A stretch of DNA of 57,388 nt, filler included, from Sphacelaria rigidula (lineage: Eukaryota), in NCBI GenBank assembly GCA_964200075.2. It is 5 parts of 5 records of this genome, joined end to end, with 100 filler letters (N's around TTAATTAATTAA, not from the genome) between each part and the next. Parts side by side here need not be neighbours in the genome. Positions count along the whole stretch, not along the records: positions 45,993 to 57,388 come from CAXNAA020004969.1; 4 more parts are not named here. The stretch is one strand, 5' to 3'. This document shows positions 48,979 through 57,388 of the stretch, piece after piece. Positions within the stretch are counted from its first letter, which is position 1. The number at the start of each line of letters is the position of its first letter. The notes below the pieces were generated by a model. That model did not search any database. It was not told the origin of the DNA and saw nothing but the letters and a program-made list of their open reading frames with translations. The translations under genes and the position numbers were made by a program.

Positions 48979-51624
48979 GCATTTTTTTTTATCGAAAAAC
49001 GATTTCTCAAGGCATGGCCTAGTAAGCCCAATCTTAGCGGAGCCGAAAAAAGCCAACAGCGGAGCCAGCATCCAAAACGTAGTTAACCGAGTTTAGTTGA
49101 CACGGTATAGTAGTGCTGGCCCAATTCCCTAGACCGAAATGCAAGGCGGGTACCGGTGAGAAACAGGGTGGCTACCTTGAGACCACGGATTCGTCCCAAG
49201 GACGGGAAGAGGTTGAAAAAGTTCACGGTTCGGACGAATCATCGCCTATTCGAATCAACAAATCCACGATTTTTTAGCCCTGATTGCTCAGTAGAGAAAA
49301 AAAGTGAACCGCTTGTCAAAGAGGTCTCCACGCAATTTTTGCGCCATTCCACGTGCCTGGGCTGCGCGTACTTAGGTTGCGCCGCTGAAAACAAAGCTCA
49401 GGGAATGATTCACACGGTACGGAATCAAATACACAAAAATGAAATCATTTCCAGACGTATCATTAATTCGTCCGCCCCTCGAATTTGTTTTTCAAGTTTG
49501 ATGAAAAAAGCCACCCCAGCGCGTGATGTCGTGACGCCCAATCAATATGCCGCTTTTACAGATGCCTTCTTCTTCTGTTTGCCTCTTGTTTTGATTCCGT
49601 AAAAGATGGGCGTTGAGACACGCCCCTAGCCTTTCCACCTGAAAAATGCGGAGCAAACAGCCACATACCGATAAGAACGTCCGTGCTTCGTAACATAGTT
49701 GTAATGGGCATCCGTGAAAGAGACACGTGCTCGACTTTTCAAGGCATGCCCGTTCATCTACACTACCCCTTCATCTACACTACCCTTAGACGCTTGACAC
49801 CTCCAGAGGCAGCCACAGCCCGACGCAGTACGAGGCTAGCCTTTTGCTTTTCATGTGTTTTTTTTTAATGAAAGTATGTGTGCGTCTTGTTCAAAAGGCG
49901 ATCATTTTGAAGCGGAAACCCGCCAAGGCATTACAGAAACTTGATTTTAGTGGGCAGGACTGAAAACCAAGAACGCATCATTTATACGACTTGTGCGGGA
50001 GCACAAAAAGCAAGAGCCTATACGGAGCAACACTGTTTAGTAGACGTATCTCAAACTTGAGGTTCCCGAGATTTTGTGAAAAATATAGATAGTGGCATCA
50101 GTGCGATATCGGGCGAGCAACCGGGATGTGCGCAGATGTTTGTCGCTTCGTTCTCCTCCCAAGAAAAAAGTCAGTTTGACGCAACTGCCCGAGAAAGAGA
50201 CAGGACAGCTCGATCTCGCGCCGGATTGAAAACGAAACCAAAAACACAATCAACTAGCTCATAGAGGGCGACTCGTGCGCTCTCGGGCTATCGAGCGTTG
50301 TGTCGCGTTCCCGTGACGGAAGGAGGCAACCTCCCTCAACACGTACCCCGCGAACGGGTACGTGTCCCGATTACCCGGAGGGTGGGCTACATCGCCTCAC
50401 GGCAATCATACGAGCTGGGCCAACTGAGAGTGATTTGCGCATTTATCCGGGCCGGGCGGCGGGTAATCCCAAGCGTTGCGCACTGAAATTTTGACACAAC
50501 ATTTTTGTCATGCCTACGCGCAACTGTCCCGGGGATCCCAAAAAATAAAATAAAAACAGAAAGTTGGGGCGATTTGAAGTTTTTGGAAAAAAACTAGAAA
50601 AATGCCCCAACTCCATGAGAATAAAGAAATACCGGAGCATACCTAGCGTACTTGTGCGTCCTTATGTGGAGGAACTCCTGGTCAAGTTTCGGCCAAAAAT
50701 TCCATAAATTTGGCGAATCATCCAATTTTTCGTGTGGCACCGCTGCGTCCACTTAATCCAAGGGATGCGGGAGACTCCAGTAGTTATTGGAGGTCACGAG
50801 TACGAATCCCGACGGATTTGTTTTTGTTCCGTCGATTAGATGATACATTATGCAATGCATTTCTTCGGGTTTTTTCATTCGGCGGCGGTGCCGTACGTTA
50901 CCAGGTTGGTCTTCAGATCACACCGACATACTCAAATCGGACTGAGTTGAAGTTAATAAGTTATGGTGTGATGTGAAAATGTGGGATTCACTGCTGGCCC
51001 AGCTCGTACGGGGTAGGCGCCTCGAGCGTTTTGAAAGTTTGCTCGGGAAAGTGTGGGGGTCGAACGCACTAGAACCCTCTCAACTTGGCGCAGTGCACGC
51101 GCCGCCCCGTTCTTGTTAGCTCTCGCTCGCCTTGTGCAGGTGGCGCAACCACTTCGCAACTGCTTACTTTGCACGAAGCTTGTTGTTTTTCCCCCTGTTG
51201 GGTCCTTCCTGGCGTCGTAATTCAACTCTCATATACTACTTAGTGTTTTTTTTTTCATTCTCCGAGTTCTCAACCCTTTTACGGTGAGGGTAGGTGGCCA
51301 GGTCAGATGCAACAACTTTTCAAAATTGAAGCGAAGACATGACCTATGCTTGCGGTCAAAGGGCTTAGATGCAAAGTTCTCCAGTGTCAACAGATTTTGA
51401 GGTGACGAGAGAGGTGATAGTCGCCGTGGTTTGTGATGTTAATCTCCATTCCTTGCAGACCTCATTGAAATCCACCTGCACTCGAAACACGCGACCGACA
51501 ACCAGAGTAAGCTCGGCCGCATTTTGCATTTCGCGGCAACGACGCCATTTCCATTTTATTTATCGACCCTCGGCTTTCGAGATAGAAATGCGTTTTCGAA
51601 ATATCCACCCTATCCTGTAGGTAA

Positions 51625-52169
51625 GACCAACTCTTATGGGAGCGTTTTGTGTCTTGTGATGTCTCATTTATTTTGGGCGCCAGTCTACCCCTTCCGGGAT
51701 ATGTGGGCGCATCAGCCGGGGTCACACAGGAAGAAGGTCAACACAGGAGATTTTTCTTCATTTGGTTTTAGTACCCGACCTTGCTTCGGCGGTGTTTGGC
51801 TTTGTTTCTTATCGCGGGAGGGGTTCAGCAGTCCCTTCCTCTCGTCGACCGTTGAGTCGAATTCTGTCTACCCACGACATGGTCGCTCTCTACTGTTGCG
51901 CATGGTGTAAGAAAAAATCCCAGATCGCTCCGGGAATCGAACCCCACAACTCAACCATCAGAAGGGTACGAGGTCACCAACTGAGCCACCGGGGCAACCG
52001 GCCATACACGGAGCGTTTGACATTTGATTTTGCAACAATTTCAGAGGAGTTTTTTTCTTCTCTGTCATCATGGTGAACGGGCACAAAATACACGACTACG
52101 GCAAAGAAAAAAAAAATCGTTCAAAATTATTGCAAAATAAAATTCTAAACGCTTCCATAAGAGTTGGCC
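51625..52169. mobile_element. Tourist-like MITE interrupted by a SINE
   Basis: Same family as 35316-35487 in the opposite orientation; TAA on both flanks. Confidence 0.85.
51648..52003 (-). mobile_element. tRNA-derived SINE, full length
   Basis: A-box TGGCTCAGTTGG and B-box GGTTCGATTCC on the minus strand; GGAGCGTTT duplicated at 51639-51647 and 52010-52018. Confidence 0.88.
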
Positions 52170-52975
52170 TAATATAAGAGAGTTTCGGAAAACAAAATTT
52201 TGAGCCAAATACTCGGGGATAATTTGCGTCTTCTTACTAAAATTCAGCATATCGAAGATGTACCGGGATAAAACCCCCACACGAAGAGTACAGGGTAACC
52301 CAAAGCGAATTGACAGAAGCGCGACTATGGCCGAGTGTTCCAACGCGGCACTGGTCCAAAATTTAACATCTGTCCACGATCAGACGGGGGACTCAAACAT
52401 GGGACACGTCCTTCTTCACTACTGTACCGCAGCAAAAACACTCAAGCATGCGTTGGAGCTTCCACTGTCTGCTCTGTCGTGGTGGGTTCACCCATTGCGA
52501 AGACGGTTTGGATTGCATGAGCTGCGATATTGTCATTGTGTTCGTCTGTCCAGACAACAATGTTTGTCGGCACGCAGTGCTGGCTGCACACTGTTGGAAG
52601 CTTCATGGGTGAATTGATTGTTTCGTCTTTGGTGAGAAGAACTACGCTCTGTCCGTTGCTGCGACACCACTGCTAGTGCCGTGCCTTGGGCGCCTGTACC
52701 ATACCGTACTGTTGTATCATGTTCGGTGTACAATACTGTACTGTACCATCAATGATACTGTATTTGTCTGAAACGCGCTACGAGTTAGGCCGCACAACAT
52801 CTAGACTACTCCCCTGGCGATTCCAAGCGAAATGGAGCGATATGATTGGTAAGTTACCGAGCGATTTGTCCCGCTCCAAATACAGTTTGCCCAAAATTCA
52901 AACGATAATTATCCCTGAGTTTTTTCGGCCCGTTGTTTTCACATAGACATATGGTGAGGTTTTCGTGTTTGAGAC

Positions 52976-54503
52976 TTGCAAGTGCTCCCACGACATAGAG
53001 GACACCGAATAAGTGCGAGGCAGGGTGAGCACTTAGCAGCCGCCAGTTGGGCGTTCCTTATATTTTTCCCGCCTCGCCCTTGTGCAAAGGGGGAGCATGA
53101 AGACCCCAAGCGAGGGACCTGCTGGCGAAGCTCAAATCGACACCACTACGCCGATCCAAGACACATGACGCGTGCTGCCATGAATACAGTCCGTAGACCC
53201 TTTGAAGATGCGAATGTGATGTTCTACACTGAAACTGGGTATATGGTCGGCCGTCGTATTGCAGAGTGGATGGTACAATAGCAAATTCCAAATTCGAACT
53301 CAAGTCGAAGTTCTAGGGTGTCTCTACCGGAACGGAAATTACCGCGTAATTCTGGTGAAATTTTAGACAAGAACAAATCTCCTCTAGCGTTCCAGGTGAG
53401 GAAATGGGGAGATCAAGTCTTCGAACACGTCACACGTTCATCATCAACCGGTCGATGCAGGGTTTCGAAACTATACTCACCTCTGCAAACAAATCCCGTG
53501 ACCACGAAAACTCTGACGAAGTGTGCGCTACTGAAAAAGTGATGATACACATCCTGACGAGGTCATTCAGAGTGAACCACGTAGAGCCTGGTGACAATAT
53601 ACAGTTGAGTTTCATTGAAAAAAATTGTATGCATACCGTCTTCTTCATCTGTGGGAAGGGGAGGGAGATTCCTTGTGATGTCTGAGGTGTGCACACGAAA
53701 CGAAATGCTGTGTGGTACGACGCAAGAGGCGAAGGCTCGTTCCGGGCTTGAGCTATACAGAATATCTTGCACGGTGGGAATAGCACAGCAAACCGTAGCG
53801 GGGATTTGAGTACCACATGATACGGGGCTGCTTCTCGCGTACAAAGGGTATGCATGTAGTACAGACGGCATCGCGCCTTTCCCATTCACAATAGTATCAG
53901 ACAGGACAGAAGTAAATACACGCCACGTAGTGCGGCAGACAACAGACAGTGCCGTTACATGTGTACATGCTATCCTCCCGAATATCGATGCATGAGTTCG
54001 GGTTTGTGGAGCCGGCGGGATGGAGGTATACATGCAAAATGGTTGGTGGGTTTTAGGCAGATTTCATCTGGACGGTGGGCTGTCTATCCACACCAACTCA
54101 AGTTCTCCACCCTCCGAGCACACTACCGGCCACATTTCCCGGGAGGAGGATGTCCTCGTCAGTGTTCAAGTACTGGATGCATCCGGGCATACGATAAGGT
54201 ACCCTGTACAGCCGCGACTACCGTTCCCGTTTGGTAGAAGTAACCAAACAAAACGAAGAAGCGCGAAAGGCTCTGAGGTTTGCGAAGAACCCCCTGTTGG
54301 GCCACCTCCCATTGATATTTCGTGCTTTACCGCACATCACAGGGGAAGACAACCCTCCCCACTGCCACCGCCGACCGTCTTGCCCCTTCAGTCCCGAATT
54401 TCTGCAAGAGTGCGACACTAGGTGTGCCGATACTCCCATCGTTAGCAAAATCCCGCCGAGGTGTAGTAACACATACGGAGGATTTTCCGGCGGTATAGAG
54501 TAG
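52976..54503 (+). pseudogene. Intronless decayed ORF resembling a divergent RNA polymerase second-largest (Rpb2/beta-like) subunit
   Basis: ORFs 52976, 53318, 53615 and 54020 share one frame. Ordered motifs: STGR, EPRR, VC-x10-G-x4-MS, NIDA*VR, LG...ALPHITGEDNPP, TPIVS. Recognised by eye only. Confidence 0.5.
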
Positions 54504-57388
54504 TCATACAACAAGTACGACTGACGTCATGCGGGCGGGGAAAGCGAGGGCTCGATTCACGCCAAATGTATCTTGATTATATCGCTTCCATCATCACAAG
54601 TATCCGACTTTTGTCCTAGGACACGTGTTTCAAGCAAAGAACGCCTGTTCGAGTAAGTTTGTTGGACGGTAGTCGACGGGGTCGGGAAGTCGGAAAGTCG
54701 GAGAGTGCTGATCCAAACCGCACAACCCAAATATAAGGTGTCAACTGGGGGAGACATGGGTTGATTGATCCGTTGAGGCCACGGACTGGTGGAGTCCCGC
54801 GAGGGGGGGGGGAAAGGGAGGAACGAGAAAAAGAAAAAAAAACGTTTTGCCGATCGATAGCTCAGGGGTTGAAGCTTGGTTGGAATATTGGCGGGCGACA
54901 AGGGTGAAAAAGATGGGGCAGGGGGGGCTACCCTATGTAAAAATCTAATGAGCAGGTGAGTGATGAAGTTCTACCCGCACATTTCATTTCTCAACCATGA
55001 TAACAACTTCATTGCGCCGATCGTATGATGATCGGCAACTGAGTGTCATGGAAGATCAAGGGGGTTGTATCGCACCGTCCTGTACCTCTTGGGTGGGTGT
55101 CTGGGCTCATCTCAGCTGCGGCACACTGTTTCCCGACTGATGTGACCTCTCCCTTTCTCAGTAGGGTACGTTGTGTAAACGTACAACTTGTTCACCAATC
55201 AATGAGGCGTTTCGCAAGACAGGAACGATACGCTTGTGTGTACGTAGTAAGAGCCGACCCTTATTTTCAAACCACCAAAATTATCTCCACCGCAAGCTGC
55301 TGGCAGGAAGGGGTATAATTATAAACAGCAGCTGAAGAAGCTAACATGTAAACATACTACTCCTGTAGACGACGTTGACTTCTTGCCTGCTGCGGTGGAT
55401 CATTGTGTGGATGACAAAAGTGTTGCCGAGATATGCCCGGAGGATTTATGCACACCGACTTACCGGACTGCTCGGTACTACACTTTACGGCGGTACAGTC
55501 CCTTCGATAGATACAACCGGACGAAGAACGCACAGAAAATGGCTCGAGCATGCGCGCACTCGTCGCGAGCAACATACCCTCGAGGAGGATGCGGTACTCT
55601 GCTGTGCTGCACATATACGAGAGGGGAGCAAACAAGGACAATATCTGAATCTTCCATCTCCGCGGTATCATCATACACATCATTCAGAATAACACAAAAT
55701 CGGGGAAGAGCCCGCAAAGGTCCAATGTGGTACGCCTGTCTGCCCACTGGGTGCCATATGACCGACAAGCACATGGCGCAGGGGAAAAGCACACACGCCC
55801 GCAGCAAAACCCATCATTTCACGCTCCGACTGCACCGTATTAGGCATGTGTCAACAGCACCCCACCCCTCAAGCACATATACGCTCCTGGACTTCGAAAG
55901 TGAACACATGCGTGGGTGTTTTGCTATGACACAGGCAACGGGGGTACATGAGAACAGAATCATGTTCAGTTGGCCGGGGGGAGGGGCAGGGACGGCTGAA
56001 GGGGAAATAGTACTGTAGTTTACTGTGAAAATGAAACGTCAAAAAATATTGCTTGTGCTCACACGCGGCTGAAAATTGAAAAATTCAAAAAGCCACCTTT
56101 GGGTGTCCATTGAGTGCAACGACCCCTTCGGCATAAGACATGACTGACTGCAGCAACAGAATGTGGCTGCCTCCTATTTGCCCGTCGCTTGAGGACGTTT
56201 GCCGTGATGAAAATGACAGCCGCCACTACATTTCGGCGCGGAGGGGAAGTATGACCCCAACTCGTAAAACATTGCGGTTCTCACAAATCCCAAGTAAAGA
56301 AATTGAGAAATAAAATGAAAAGAGCGCCCGAGACAGGTGTAGCAACACTTGGAACGAAAAACGCTGCTGTGTGCACAGGAGTCTGTCCGGACAAGCGGTG
56401 GGAAAGTGGCGGCCCAAACAAAAGCACTGTCGAGACATTACCGGTGCCTTATGATGATCATGGTGGACGTCGTGTTCCGTTCAATAGCCCTCTAGCACAG
56501 AGTGCGCACCGCACGGCTGTTTGAAGTGATTGCGCGCTCGAGCACTGTCCTGACTATACTGTATGTAGAAAAAACCCAAACCGTAAGCAACGGATACACA
56601 AATGACAGGACACAAAAATCAAGATGACATTCGCGCCATTGTGTCCTTTGACTCAAGCACAGATGCAAGCGGTATCAGAAAAAAAAACCTGCGGCCCAAA
56701 GAGAGCAGGGCGCAGCTGCACCTCACTACCGCAAAAATATATATCAGTCACTATCACACTCACCACGAGACGTAAAGATGGACGTGATCTCCTCAGTACG
56801 ATCTACCCCTGCCTGCGCACGTTGGGCCTCTCAATTAACCGGATACGGACAGGCTGCAAATGAGCGTTTTTCGGCTGCGGCTGTTTGGGGTTTACAGCAT
56901 CTGCGTCCCTCCAGCTATGGTACGCATATGTCATTGCTCACCAATTACTATTGTTTCGTGCATACATTTGACTACTTTCATCGAATAACGTTCCGTCGGT
57001 CTAGGCCCCAAAATTGACAACTCCCGATCGACTGCAAAAAGGGTTGTACCAATAATGATACCACCTTGAAAATCACTTGAGTTTAGTTGATATCGTGCAA
57101 AACAAATAAGTACTCGGAATTTGTTTTGAGCGTCGTACCTCTGGGGTACGCGCACCCCAGGCACGTGGGATGGTGCAAAGTTTGCATACAGTAGTGGACG
57201 GTCTAACTATTCATTTTGTGGCATTTTGTGATTTTTTCGTGATTGGCGATTTTCTTGGGGTCTTTTCCCTCGCCACCCCTTATCACATCGGGAATCTGAA
57301 GATATCTGTATCCGCTCTAGATTTTAAGAAAAAGTCATATGTCCTCAACATTGAGTGACTCGCGGGCTGACCGGTCATCGGGGGTCCT

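Noticed and set aside
55383-56018. 211-aa ORF
   Set aside because: Non-ATG start, no motifs, and no coding-like composition.

Overview
Eukaryotic, repeat-rich DNA with GT-AG introns. The short exons, long TE-filled introns and repeat types suggest a brown alga or other stramenopile (inference). The window is not one locus: it is five ~11.4-kb scaffolds (11399, 11398, 11398, 11397, 11396 bp) joined by identical 100-bp N44-TTAATTAATTAA-N44 linkers. Two host genes are supportable: five exons of a 5-oxoprolinase (minus strand, 11703-20111) and five exons of a PX-domain protein with a possible UBA-like C-terminus (plus strand, 36644-45446). The rest is mostly mobile DNA: three decayed hAT transposases (two intron-containing), a Gypsy pol remnant with chromo-like and Tudor-like modules on its integrase set between ~1.5-kb inverted arms, LINE remnants, tRNA-derived SINEs, several MITE families and hairpin minisatellites. 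The most unusual observation is an intronless, decayed reading frame at ~52976-54503. It carries, in the correct order, motifs resembling the second-largest subunit (Rpb2/beta) of a highly divergent multisubunit RNA polymerase, a candidate fossil of an RNAP-encoding virus or giant mobile element. All protein assignments are by-eye motif recognition; no searches were run.
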